The position numbers were made by a program, and so were the translations under genes. Under the pieces are notes generated by a model. It worked only from the letters and a program-made list of their open reading frames with translations, made no database searches and was not told the origin of the DNA. This document shows positions 1 to 16,930 of a stretch of DNA of 64,000 nucleotides, in pieces. The DNA comes from the human T2T-CHM13v2.0 reference genome, Homo sapiens: NCBI RefSeq assembly GCF_009914755.1, contig NC_060926.1; one strand, written 5' to 3'. Numbering within the stretch: position 1 is the stretch's first letter; each line of letters begins with the position of its first letter.

Positions 1-3406
<3,406 letters not shown>

Positions 3407-3506
3407 CAGGATCAAGAGGGCAAAGACTCTCTCCAAGCTGTCCCTGAAGAAGAAATCTGCCTTGGGTACAATGAAATAAATTCTGCCACCAATAATATGA
3501 GTTTCA

Positions 3507-4006
<500 letters not shown>

Positions 4007-4629
4007 CTAAATATTGCTTTAAAAGTTTTTATAAATGTGATAGCTTCTTAGATATTTCTCTGTCCCATTATTGTTTTCCCCATAGGAGGTAGATTTTCTC
4101 CTTAATAAATTTTGTATCTACCTCTCAAAAAAATATTAATTTCAAAGGTAGATGGTCATTCCAAAATTGGTTCAGGGCTCAAGAGTCTTAAAACTCTGAA
4201 TTTGCTTCTCTTGTCTTTTGGTGTTTCTTTTAGGATCATATAGATAACTACAGTAATTTTGCTAACAACTGCAATCCAATCAGAAGAAGTGGAATAAAAC
4301 AATTCTGTAATTCTTTTTATCCATCTCATTCTTTCATCAAGAAGGCACATCTTTCTCAGAAATTTCCTTTCAGGTTTCAGTCATAACAGAGTATTTGCCC
4401 ACTTGCAAAATATAAGGAAAGTGGAATTATTATAGTTATTTACACTACTAATAATTTATTTTGGGGTTGTCTATGGGTCAGCATTCCCTGCAAAGTGACC
4501 CATGCCCAAACAAAATTTGGGTTCTGGAAAAAGTAAAAAGGAAAAAAATAAGGTGGTAGATAACCAGCAGTGATTATCAGCTATAAATATCAATTATAAT
4601 CTTTGATTTTTATATCTTCTCTTTCTTCT

Positions 4630-4757
4630 TGTCAGTGTGTACACTCTTTAAATCAGGCACCGTTTCTTACTGTTTAGGGGCCTGCAATGCCTAGTAAAAT
4701 GCTCGCCAGATAGAAGGTACTTAGTACATATTTACTGACTATTAAATAGATGAATGT
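4630..4757 (+). mobile_element. L2 3'-end remnant
   Basis: 'gcctagtaaaatgctcgccagatagaaggtacttagtacatatttactgactattaaatagatgaatg' is typical of the L2 3' terminus. Confidence 0.5.
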
Positions 4758-7700
4758 GGCTACACTGAAAATATGTACATTGTACTCATGTGCAAATCAA
4801 AGTAATTTTATTGTTAAATGTAACTTAAGAATCTTTCTTATAAATGTTCATACCAGCTGATACCAAAAAAGAAAAATTCTTAAATTTGCAAATTAAAAAT
4901 AACAATGTCTTTTGAATAATCATTTTCTTCAGGGATTTTTTTTTCCACATTCTCTGATCTAACGTGACATCTAGAGGAAATGGGGAAACTCCTGGATACA
5001 CATGTGGGTTCTTTCTAGTCTCTGTTGTAGGAAGGCTGGTCTTGGCTTATTCTTGGCACCAGCACTTCTCTGTTGAGATAAAATGGATACTGCAACGTTC
5101 TTTTGGATGATGTGCTGTTGACCATTGCCAAAGTCTGTGGCCCTTGCCCTAGATCAGAAAATATCCTTAGCTCAGTGGTGGCTCATTATTACCCCAAGTT
5201 TCCTCTAATCATCTGGTCCCCTTATCACCCGTGCCATCCTAGGAGGGAGGCAGAAACTAGAGGCTGCTTCTCCATACCATGCAGCTCTATAAAGTCACTC
5301 TGTGTCATCAACTTCTCTCAGCCATTGGTCAACTACCATATGGGTAACATTATACTATCACATCATATTGAATGTGAAACCTAGCTAATATACACATATT
5401 TTTCCACTTTACATCTTGAGTATCAAGGAAGACACACATGACTACACACACACATACACGTCACTACCACCACCACCAACAGCAATACCAAGAACAACCT
5501 CAGATATTCCTGAAGTTTCACAGTGGGAGGAAGGGTACTTAATAACCCACCCACGTGCTTACCCAGGTCAACTCACTCCCTCTTCTGACTGCAAGTTTTT
5601 TTTTTTCTTTTCTGTTTTTTTCTCTGTGATGGAAACTTTTTTTCATTGCAGTCTAAGTTCTGTACCTATGACTTATAATAAAACATTATGTTCTATTCCC
5701 CAAAATTTGCTCTTAATATTTAAAGGAGATTTTTGAAATTTAGAAGTTTCTCTTAACTTTCAAAAAGCACAGTTTTCTAGATTGCTATTTCATGGGATAT
5801 ATTCCTCCTTTTCTGAAAACATTGAAACTCATTGATTCAGTTAATAAAGAAGAGTAGGGAAATCATAATTTTTAAAATAAATGAAAAATATATGTTTTAA
5901 TCTTTTCAAATTTATTGAACTCATTGCAGAATACATGAATGAAAATTTTGCTATATGGTGTGGGGTTAAAAGCATGAACAAGATAAAAACACCACCCACA
6001 AAGCCATTACAATCCAGTAATATAAGTAAATATAATATATAATCTAATAAAGGTCAGTTTATAAAGAGTGTTTGGGGAGTTTAGAAAAATATATTAGTGA
6101 CATATTTTTGTTACCTGTTATTGGTACAATACTCATGAGCTAGTGAATCAAGCACCTTGTTCATATTTTGGCCATTCAGAGGATAGACAACATTTTCATT
6201 AAGAAAGTAAAATTTGAAGTGGACCCCAAAGTAAAGATGCAAAAAAGTCAGTAATTTCTGGCATGGAGGAAAATACAAACAAAGGCATCACTGTGGACTT
6301 ACACATGCATATTTGGGACCAAAAACAAGATGGATGGATTTGATGGAATCATTAGAGCATAAATAGGACAATGTGAAATAACAGCAGGATAAGCAGTCGA
6401 GGATAAATAAAAGAAACTGTTTACAACAGATTTTAGAGCCTGGACTTTACTCTGCAAGCAATAGTAAAGAAAATTTTCTAACAATGTGGTAATTTTCTCA
6501 GAGCTGATCCTTAAACATGTTACTCTGATGTTGCAATGAACAATGACTTGGATAAACCTTGAGACTAAAAAGCACTTATAAGGCAGATTCTGAGTCTAAA
6601 TTAGGAAAAATGCAATGGCATTAGAAGAAAATATTGATATAGGCTGTTGTTGATATAAAATTATCCAGATTTTACCAACCAGAGAGGTTAGTGTGGAATA
6701 GGGGATAGATGAGAATGGAGTTAAGGGTGACTCCAATATGTCCAGCCCAAGTAGCTAGAAGTATGATAGAATTTACCTATGAACACAAGTTAACATGTTA
6801 GATACTTCAGTGGGATCAAAAGTTTACTCTCATATTCATTCATGAATCCCAGAAGATTATAATTTAGAACATACATAAATTCTAATGAAAATATTGTGCA
6901 AGAAGCAAGAGTGTAAGACAGAATGTGTTCAGAGTTAATGGCAGAGGTCTAAGGAAACTAAGTTAATTCAAATTGTGTCAAATTGTTTTTCTGTTTGTTA
7001 CAAGATTGATAAAGAGTGGAAAATATAGAAAAGTTATTGGTGATTGAAGAGACTTTAAGAAAGGAAAGGGAATAGACATAAGCTCCCAACAACTTTGCCT
7101 GCATACTTTTTAGGATTTTTCTCTGGATGCTTCCCTGGAGCTTAGCCCTTTAGTTGATTGGCATAAAAAGAAGGGAAAATATGCCTGATTCAACTAAGGA
7201 AAGAGGAAATGATGCACTTACAAATGAGCCTTAAATACAAATTGCCTGTAAAAGGCCATTTTTGTTGTGTCTTCAATAGGCTCATACCTTGAAGGTGAAA
7301 TCTGCTTAACTAGGTGGGGGGAGGGGGGCTCAATAATTCCTCTCATCTCAGGGAAGACTACAAGGTCTACCTAAAGAACATGATTAATAATAAAATGGAC
7401 GTCTCTTTCTCTCTCATGACCTGCTTTGCTTTCTCATCCTCATGATCAAATCTAGTCACCTGAGCCCAACCCATGGACTTCTCATTTTCTGTTACCTATA
7501 CTTGCTATAATGTTCATGCATTAGTAAGGCAAGTATTTTTTTTTTTGCATTTTTTTGACATAATGTTAACCCTTGAATTGGAGTTACCTGTGTGACTGTT
7601 TGCTTCATCCATTATTTTGTGACCAACCAGGGGATAGGACCTGGGGACTGCGTGGAAGAATAACTAAACATTGACAATATCACAAACATATATAAATGAA

Positions 7701-9889
7701 TACTAACATTGTATTTTCTGACTACATAGCAGAGGTTTTAAGAAAATGATATAAATCACTCTATTTGTATAACGCAATAATAGGTAACTATCTATTCTAT
7801 AAATCAGGGTTTTTTTCAAGGTAAGAATGTTACTGTAAAGGCATAACCCTATCCATCTGGGAAATTAGAGAAACTTCGGGTCAAAAATTGCTGTGATCTT
7901 TGAACACTTAACATGTTCTATTTGGAGAGCAATTTTACCCAAGGAAGGCAAGTCTAGCAGTTTGTTAGAATAGGTAAGATTTATGTCATGGTAAACAATA
8001 ACCTCCATATCTCAATAGCCTAAAAAAGCAGAGGTTTACTTTTCACTCATGTACATTACATGGTTACTGACTACAGTAAATAGAAATACATTTTTCAATT
8101 GCTGAAGATTTTGCAGGTAATTCTGAGGTTTAGGGTGGGAAAATCCAGTTCACTATAGGGCACTGGAATGGTTGCATATGTTTCTCACATCCCTATTATC
8201 TATTCTATAACATAGATATATAGTGATCATTGAGGAATTATACTAAGCAGCTTGCAACGTTTCTTGTTTAATGCTTACAATAACATCCTGAGAAACTATT
8301 CAAGTAAAATCATATGGCTTATCCAATATCTCAGTGCATAAGTAGTAGGTTTGGACTATGAATAATAAGCACAAAGCATGAATGTACATTGATTATTATT
8401 CTTATGAGATCATAAATTCACAGGGGCAGATATTGTTACCAGCTGTCTTTGTAATAACTATAGTATCTAACAAAAGAGATCAACAACTAATTTCTGAACA
8501 AATAAATTAATGTATAATTAAATAATGTGAAGAATTTTCTATTATAGGATAAATCGGCATAGATAGATAGATAAGCTATAAGACTTTCTCTACAGTTGCA
8601 AGGCCCACATATAATATTATAAGTATAAATAAAAAACATGAAATGGTATTATACATTTTAAAAATGATGTTTTCATTATCTTGGAGAAATTATGCAAAGC
8701 ACAAATGTTTAACAGCAAAGACCCATGGAACTAATAACCTAGAAAGAATCGCTGACCCTAGACAAGCCGGGAGAAGAGATAATCCTATGGGTTATGCAGT
8801 GGCTGCTCTTTAATGAGTAGGCCTGATGAGACAACTTATGAAGCTCTAGCTGTAGACTGAGAAATCTGAAGCCAGAAATAACCTAAGGCACCTTTGGTCC
8901 CTATTTGAAGTCGAAAGCTATCTATTTTTCAATAGCAGAGTGTGTACCAAAAAAAAAAAAGATAACAAGCTAATTAAGCAAAAGAAGGGATTAATTGAAC
9001 AGAAATGATCAAAGTAGAGTTTGGCTAAGCTCTTGGTGAAGAAAGGAAAGGAGAGTAGTCATTACTAAGAATAATAATTACCTTGCCTTCTATAGCAGAG
9101 AGCAAAGGAGCAAGTTTTGTGACATGCTATTAAACTTTTAATAATGAGCATAACTTGATTGTGTAATATTACCCAGGTAACATTTTAACTTTTTAGGAGC
9201 ATCTTCAAATATCCCTGGAAAGGCTAGATAAATATTTTCTATACAAAAGATGTTTCTCTGAACCCCAAAACCACTATACAGTACACTAAAATATAAACCA
9301 CTTCAACTCTCACTTCAGAGTATGGCTCTGAATTGTAACACGTTTCTTTGCTGATCACAAGATTCACAGAATTTATATTAAACATAGAATTATATTAAAC
9401 ATTTAGCTAGAGTACTATATGGAACAATTCCAGCTTCTCTGACCTCAACATCTTACAGATTCTTCTGTAATCCCATGGTTGGTATTTGTTTTGATATGTC
9501 CCATTGTGGCCTCCAACATATCCCCCTTTTCTGCATCAATTAAATACAATACAAGCTGAACTCTTACCTAGGCATCACATTGTCATATCCAGAGATTAAA
9601 GATTTAGGATCTGGGAAACAAAAACTTAATTTTCCTCCTAACATCCTCTGGATTATATCCAAAGTCACAAAGATTCATGCTTGCTGCATTAGCGTTTAAA
9701 TAATGTTAAGAAATGCCTCACTATCATATATGTCCTTAAATGTCCTTACACCTGTACTAAGGTAGTCCAATGAACCCTAGCATGTAAAATTGCCTTTCAA
9801 AGAAATTATGATTTGTTAGAAAACAAAACTAGCACACAAAGAAACAATAACAAGCATTATAATTACAGACAAGCCATTCTTCTTAAGTT

Positions 9890-10020
9890 GGATAGCAGAG
9901 TGGGATAAACATGGGCCAAGGTTGGAAGTCCAACTCTGCCAGTTACTAACTTCATAACATTGATCAAAACCCTCAACTTATCTCTGTTTCAGCCTCTGTG
10001 CTTTATAAATGAAGACTGTA
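9890..10020 (+). mobile_element. MIR remnant
   Basis: MIR core-like 'actctgccagttactaacttcataacattgatcaaaaccctcaacttatctctgtttcagcctc'. Confidence 0.5.
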
Positions 10021-11241
10021 ACTTGTGGTGTTTCCAGTGGTTGCAATAGGGGCCGGTGTGACATCCACAATTTTTCTCCTAGCCTCCTAGAAATTCTGCA
10101 AGTTACCTAAGGTACAAATTACAATGACATTAAAAATGACAAAACAGAAAAAAATATGAATATGAGAGGCTTTTTAAAGGAAATGTTATAGGGTATGATG
10201 ACTAAAAAGGGTCTTTATTTAATAAAAATGTTAGCTTAAAACCAATTACTCTAAGTCGAGGAGAATAGAGACTCACTGACAAAGGCAGAGAAGTTAGGGA
10301 TAAGGACTGGCAAGTGAAGATTAAGGAAGGAAGAAGGAATGTTCCAATATGAACTTGTTTAATCTAAATAGATTTAATTTAAAATATGACATGAAAGTTT
10401 AGGAAGCTATTTACTAAAGGGAGTTAAACCTGTGTATAGCCATTTCTTTGAGATGAAACAACACCATAATAGAAATTGCTACCATATAACTATTCTTCCT
10501 GAAAGTAGAATCGATAGTATACTATTTCCATCTACATCATAGCATATCCCTAGTTAGGTAAGTTCATTTTTCTTTTTAAAACTGACATTAATTGTCCTCA
10601 ACTCAACTTTAGAAACACAATACATTAAGAGAAAGAGAATCTAAATATTGTTCAAATACATAAGCCACCTCTTGCTCATACTCACAAAGCAGTAAATTTT
10701 TGTGAAATGCTTTAGCTTAATGGTGGCATATAAAAATAAAAATGTACATTATCACTATTGAGTTTGAATGCAGCACATTCATTCATTAGAGCTTCATGCC
10801 ACTAAATTCAATCTAGTGTGTGGTACAGGAACACAATATGTAATATTTAATACATGAGATGCAAGGCAGATAAAAGGACTTGAGAAATAACTGGATTCTG
10901 CCAGCTAAAATATGCATCCAGGCTTTCTGCTTCCTGTGTTGGCATTCAAATTACAGTAAGGGCTAAGAAAAAGTTACTCTTTGATCACCCACCCAAGAAC
11001 TCATTTTTACTCATAACTAGATGTTGGGATGTTGTGAAACTGGAATTTTAGAAATGTCAATACTGCTGCTAATCAAGATGCTGAATTCATATTGATCTAC
11101 TTAAAATAGAGATTTTTCATTATAATATGCCCTTTCAGAAACCCATCAAACCATGGTTTTAAAAAACTGAGAGCCAAGTCATATGTATATTTGTGTGTGT
11201 GTGTGTATAATTTATATATGTAATTTGATGCCCTGAGTACC

Positions 11242-13515
11242 TGATATGGTTTGGTTGTGTCCCCACCCAAAACTCAACTTGAATTATATCTCCCAGAATT
11301 CCCACATGTTGTAGGAGGGACCCAAGGGGAGGTAATTGAATCATGGAGACCAGTCCTTCCTGTGCTATTCTCATGATAATGAATTAAGTCTCGAGAGATC
11401 TGATGGGTTTATCAGGGGTTTCCACTTTTGCTTCTTCCTCATTTTCTCTTGCGGCTGCCATGTAAGAAGTGCCTTTCACCTCCCACCATGATTCCACGTG
11501 TGGAACTGTAAGTCCAATTAAATCTCTTTTTTGTTTCCCAGCCTCGGGTATTTCTTTGTCAGCAGTGTGAAAACAGACTAATACAGTAAATTGGTACCAG
11601 AAGTAGAATGTTGCTTGAAATATACCCAAAAATGTGGAAGTGACTTTGGAACTGGGTAACAGGCAGAGGTTAGAACAGTTTGGAGGGCTCAGAAGAAGAC
11701 AGGAAAATGTGGGAAAGTTTGGAACTTCCTAGACACTTGTTGAATGGCTTTGACAAAAGTGCTGATAGTGATATGAACAATAAGGTCCAGGATGAGGTGG
11801 TCTGTCTCAGATGGAGATGAGGAACTTGTTGGGAACTGGAGCAAAGGTGACTCTTACTATGTTTTAGCAAAGAGACTGGCAGCATTTTGCCCCTCCCTAG
11901 AGATTCGTGGAACTTTGCACTTGAGAGAGATAATTTAGGGTATCTGGCAGAAGAAATTTCTAAGCAGCAAAGCATTCAAAAGGTGACTTGGGTGCTGTTA
12001 AAAGCATTCTGTTTTAAAAGGGAAACAGAGCATAAAAGTTCAGAAAATTTGCAGCCTGATGATGCAGTAGAAAAGAAAAACCCATTTTTCGAGGAGATAT
12101 TCAAGCCAGCTGCAGAAATTTGCATAAGTAGCAAGGACCCTATTGTTAATCCCCAAGATTATGGTGAAAATGTCTCCAGGCCATATCAGAGACCTTCAAG
12201 GCAGCCCCTCCCATCACAGGTCTGGAGTGCCAGGAGGAAAAAGTGTTTTTGTGGGCTGGGCCCAGGGTTCTCATGCTGTGTGCAGCCAAAGCACTTGGTG
12301 CCCTGTGTCTCAACAGCCCAACTGTGGCCGAAAGGGGCCAACGTAGAGCTCAGGCTGTGGCTTCAAAGGATGGAAGCCCCAAGCCTTGGCAGCTTCCAAG
12401 CTTCCAGGTGTTGAGCCTGTGGGTGCACAGAAGTCAGGAACTAAGGTTTGGGAACCTCTGCCTAAATATCAGAAGATGTATGGAGATGCCTGGATGCCCA
12501 GGCAAAAGTTTGCTGCAGGGGTGGGGCCCTCATGGAGAACTTTGATAAACCAGTGCAGAAGGGAAATGTGGGGTTGAAGCCCTCACACAGAGTCCCTACT
12601 GGGGCACTGCCTAGGGGGGCTGTGAGAAGAGGGCCACCATCCTCCAGACCCCAGAATGGTAGATCCACCAACAGCTTGCACTGTGCACCTGGAAAAGCCA
12701 CAGACACTCAATGCCAGCCCATGAAAGCAGCCAGGAGGGAGGCTATACCCTGCAAAGCCACAGCGGTGGAACTGCCCAAGACCATGAGAACCTACCTCTT
12801 GCATCATTGTGACCTGGATGTGAGACCTGCAGTCAAAGGAGATCATTGTAGAGCTTTAAAATTTGACTGCCCCAGTGGATTTCGGACTTGCATGGGTCCT
12901 GTAACCCCTTTGTTTTAGCCAATTTATCTGATTTGGAATGGCTGTATTCACCCTATACCTGTACCCCCATTTTATCTAGGAAGTAACTAGCTTGCTTTTG
13001 ATTTTATATAGACTCCTAGGCAGAAGGGACTTGCCTTGTCTCAGATGAGTCTTTGGACTGTGGACTTTTGGGTTAATGCTGAAATGAGTTAAGGCTTTAG
13101 GCAACTGTTGGAAAGGCATGGTTGGTTTTGAAATGTGAGGACATGAGATTTGGAGGGGCCAGGGTAGAATGATATGGTTTGGTTGTATCCCCACCCAAAT
13201 CTCAACTTGAATTTTATCTCCCAGGATTCCCATGTGTTGTGGGAGGGACCCAAGAGGAGGTAATTGAATCATGGGGACTGGTCTTTCCTGTGGTATTCTT
13301 GCGATAGTGAATTAAGTGTCATGACATCTGATGAGTTTATCAGGGGTTTCTTTTGCTTCTTCCTCATTTTCTCTTGCTGCTGTCATGTAAGAAGTGCCTT
13401 TCACCTCCCACCATGAGGCCTCCCCAGCCATGTGGAACTGTAAGTCCAATTAAACCTCTTTTTCTTCCCAGGCTGGAGTATGTCTTTGTCAGCAGAGTGA
13501 AAACAGACTAATGTG
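11242..13515 (+). mobile_element. Complete THE1A (ERVL-MaLR) provirus: 5' LTR 11242-11585, internal region 11586-13169, 3' LTR 13170-13515
   Basis: Two ~345-bp direct repeats start 'tgatatggtttggttgt'. The internal region begins 'gtaaattggtacc' and ends in a PPT-like 'ggaggggccagggtagaa'. 5-bp TSD gtacc (11237-41) / gtatc (13516-20). Sequence 'ctcaacttgaatt...gggtttatcaggggtttc' matches my recollection of THE1A. Confidence 0.93.
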
Positions 13516-15009
13516 GTATCTTCTAAATGTAATTATCACCTCCCTCCAGTGACATACAAAATCATATTTTTTTTTCATTTTTTAGTGAACTACCTAATCA
13601 TGAATTGGGAGATGACATGATTATGGGGAAAAGCCACAGAATTAACTTTAAGATTCTGGATCTCTGTCCTTGATCTGATGCTTATTTGGTCTATTTATTC
13701 ACAGTCAAAGTTTCTTGGGGGATTAGAAGGGGACAAATATTTGCATCATTCAATTAAAAATATAGTTAGGGGAGTTGAGGGTCACTCAGGGTCAAAACAG
13801 ATACTTTCTGGCCATTTTGATTAGCACTTTGTTTTTAGAACATTGCCTCGAACAAAGTAGCTGTGATTTCAGCCAAATATTTTTCTGCGTGTCTTGAAAT
13901 AAATTCTTATCTTCCTGCAGTACTTTATGGTTTTCAGACACATTGTTTTATTTGTTCCACAATGCAGCACTAACAGCTAAGAAAGATAATAAATGCTTTC
14001 AGTCTTTTCCTTCAGCTGGGGTGTACCTGGTAACAAGTAACTCATCTTCTCTCCTTACATTAGTTTCTTCATTAACAGTGTTTAATCCAATCTGGTAGAA
14101 ATGCAATAACAGGATACATTAAGTGCTATTTACCATATTGATGTCTTTTTGCCTACACTGCCTCCCACCCCTCAATCTATCTTGGATTTTTAGAGTCTAT
14201 TGCATATTTTGTCTGATAAATTTCTTTTCTCCCTTAGCTTCCTAATTATTTTCCTAGAGCTCTATTAGAAAACTGATAAAAAGAAAAGAGATGCTATAGC
14301 TTCTGTGGGCATAGGAATGGCAATTCTGCCTTGGGCCACCATAGGCAATAGAATTAGGCTAACCCAAAGTTCTGTTATCCTCTTGACTCATTTTAAATGT
14401 TAGAAATATTGAGCCTTTGTTTATTATGAATAAATCTGTGCTCATGGCTGCTTTCATTTTCAACATTTTTGATAAAAGCTTTTGTAAACTCTATGATTTA
14501 AACCTAAAAAAGAGAAAATAATTTGGTGAAAATAATGTGACTTATTCATTATCCAGTAGATAAGAAATTAGTATCTTATCTCTAAATCCACATAGAATTA
14601 GACATGGGAATCTGATATGAAAAGGAACTTCTCTATGTATTTATTCATTCATAGAAGTGGCTATCAATCATTCATTATTCAACAAACAAGAACTAAGCTC
14701 CTATTATATAAAACACACCTTGTCTCTTTTTACATTGTCAAGTGGGGGAAGAATTATAGGAGTGTATGTTTGGAAGTGGAAAAATTCCACTTCCAAGGAC
14801 AAATTAAAAACTAGCTGTAATAAAAGGTTGTATCGAATATCTTGTTTGTCTCTCCAAACCCACTTTCCCCCTTACTTACCCTGCTGTTAGCCTCAGGAAG
14901 TTGACCTACATGGATACATTCCTAGGCTGCCGGCTGGGTTTGACCAATAGGGAGGCTCCTGAGGGTATGAACAGAGTGAGTCAGGTGTTTACTTTTGCCA
15001 ATTTTTCTT

Positions 15010-15093
15010 CCTCCTTGCCCTCATTTAGCTCCATCTCTCTATCAATGACTACCTCCTTGCCCTCATTTAGCTCCATCTCTCTATCGATGACTA
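15010..15093. repeat. 42-bp tandem duplication (2 copies, 1 mismatch)
   Basis: cctccttgccctcatttagctccatctctctatc[a/g]atgacta at 15010-15051 and 15052-15093. Confidence 0.97.
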
Positions 15094-15243
15094 CAGCACC
15101 ATCATGTGGCTGTCTCCTAAAGCTCTCGATCTGGCAAATTCTTCCTGCCTTTGCTTGTTCGCTCAAAGAAATAGAAACTCAGCTACTGCTGTTCCTAGCC
15201 CTAAGGCACCATGCTATCCCTTGTTAGCTTCCGTAAACCCTTC

Positions 15244-15799
15244 TGTGGCAGTTTAAAACATGTGCAAATCTTTTGTCACTTCTCCTATTGATTGGTGATG
15301 GGTAGGACACTTCTACCTGAATCTGGGCTGACCTTAGAGACTTGTTCATAACTTATTCATAACTAATGAATACAGCAGAACCAGGATTCTGTGCCTTCCA
15401 AGGCTATCTCATAAGGACCATTCTACTTCTGCTTTACTTGTTAGGACACTTGTGCTTGGAGCCCTACAAGGCCATATAAAAACCTCCGCTAACCTGTGGA
15501 AAGCTCCTGTGATGAAGCCCAGCCAAGCCACATGGAAAGACCACATGTATGTGCTCCAGGCAATAGCTCTACCACAAATGTAGACATGTGAATAAAGATG
15601 CCTTCCAATGAATCTAATCCCACCCATCAAGGTTATCTCCCCAACGTTAAATCCTCAGACATCATGGAGCAGAAAAGAATCAATCTCTGTGCCTTTCTCT
15701 AATTCCTGACCCACAGAATCCCTGGGTATAATAAAATGGTTATTATTTTATGTCACTAAGTTTAGGATGGTCTGTTACACAGAGATGTGGTTCAGAGCA
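15244..15799 (+). mobile_element. MLT1G/H-like MaLR solo LTR
   Basis: TG...CA ends, start 'tgtggcagtttaaaacatgt', 3' end 'ttcctgacccacagaatcc...ttttatgtcactaagtttaggatggtctgttacacag'; TSD ccttc / cctac. Confidence 0.75.
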
Positions 15800-16559
15800 C
15801 CTACACACGTCTTTGTAAACAGTCCTTTTATTCAATTCTTCTCTAATTGCCCAATTTGAGTGGACTGCCTGTTTGATAGAATCTTGAGGATACAAAAAAA
15901 TTCCAAGTGTCATATGAGGGGTATGAACAAACTCCTATAGGAGTTAGAAGATAATTCACTAGTTGGCATAATCAGGAAATTCTCCACATGTTTGACTTTG
16001 CAGGTTATCAATAACATCTCTTGAATTTTGCTGAATGAGGAAGTGAGATTTTTACTAGGCCTTGAGAAACAGCTGTGATTAGGATGGGATGATATGAGAA
16101 AGTGTACTAATGTAGGCAGAAAGAATAGTAAAATAAACAGCACAACAGCAAGAACCTGCACTTAAATAATGAATTTCATAATAGAACAGTCAAGCGGGCA
16201 CTTAGGCTTCACCCTGCCACCAGGGTGACTTCTCTACATATTTTTCAGTCTTTTCCCTTAGTGCTCAGGTGAAAATGCAAAGTTCGTAACATTGCATTCT
16301 AAATCCTCCTGGATTTATCTGCCTTTCTGCCCTCCTCTTTTCTTACCAGGTGTCCCATTCCCACCTGTACTGTAGCCACATTAGCTAACCACAGATTCAT
16401 CCTGTATGCCTTTATCATTTTGAACATGCAGCTCTTTTTTTGGCCTAGAATATTCTACCCCTTCACCTTCTTCCTTCTAACTTGCATTCACCTTTCAAAA
16501 ACAAAACATGAGCCTTCTTCACTAGTCTTCCCAGACACTTTCGATGTGACCTATTCATT

Positions 16560-16930
16560 CACCCTAACTGTTTGCTTAATTTCCTGTGTTCACCCATATT
16601 GTAGCACTTATAATATTGATTTACAAAAGCTTTTATTTTTTTGGCATGGCTAGATCATAAACTTCTCAGACAAGGACAGGAATTTAGATCTTATTATGCT
16701 TGGCAAAATAAATTAATTACTGGGATGAATTAATGGTTGAGTAAATAGTACTCAATTAATGGAAAGTAAATATTAGAGTAGTGAATTGACAGGTTTTGTG
16801 CAATAGATTATCTGTCCCCATGACTGGACACTTGTTTCTGTTCACTTCAGTGGACCTGGCACCTAGAAGACTGTCCATGACAAATTTGTTTGTTGAATGA
16901 ATAAATGTAGCATTAATGAATGGACAAGAA
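16560..16930 (+). mobile_element. L2 3'-end remnants
   Basis: Two L2-like termini, e.g. 'ttctgttcacttcagtggacctggcacctagaagactgtccatgacaaatttgtttgttgaatgaataaatg'. Confidence 0.5.

Larger units (their letters stand above)
14830..15894 (+). mobile_element. Ancient ERVL LTR (LTR33-like), split by the MLT1 insertion at 15244-15799
   Basis: 5' part 'ctgggtttgaccaatagggagg'; 3' part 'ttgtaaacagtccttttattcaattcttctctaattgcccaatttgagtgg...gataca' resumes after the MLT1. Confidence 0.55.

Noticed and set aside
11887-12918. 175-aa and 128-aa ORFs
   Set aside because: They lie in the THE1 internal region and are decayed MaLR sequence; there is no sign of a domesticated intact gene.
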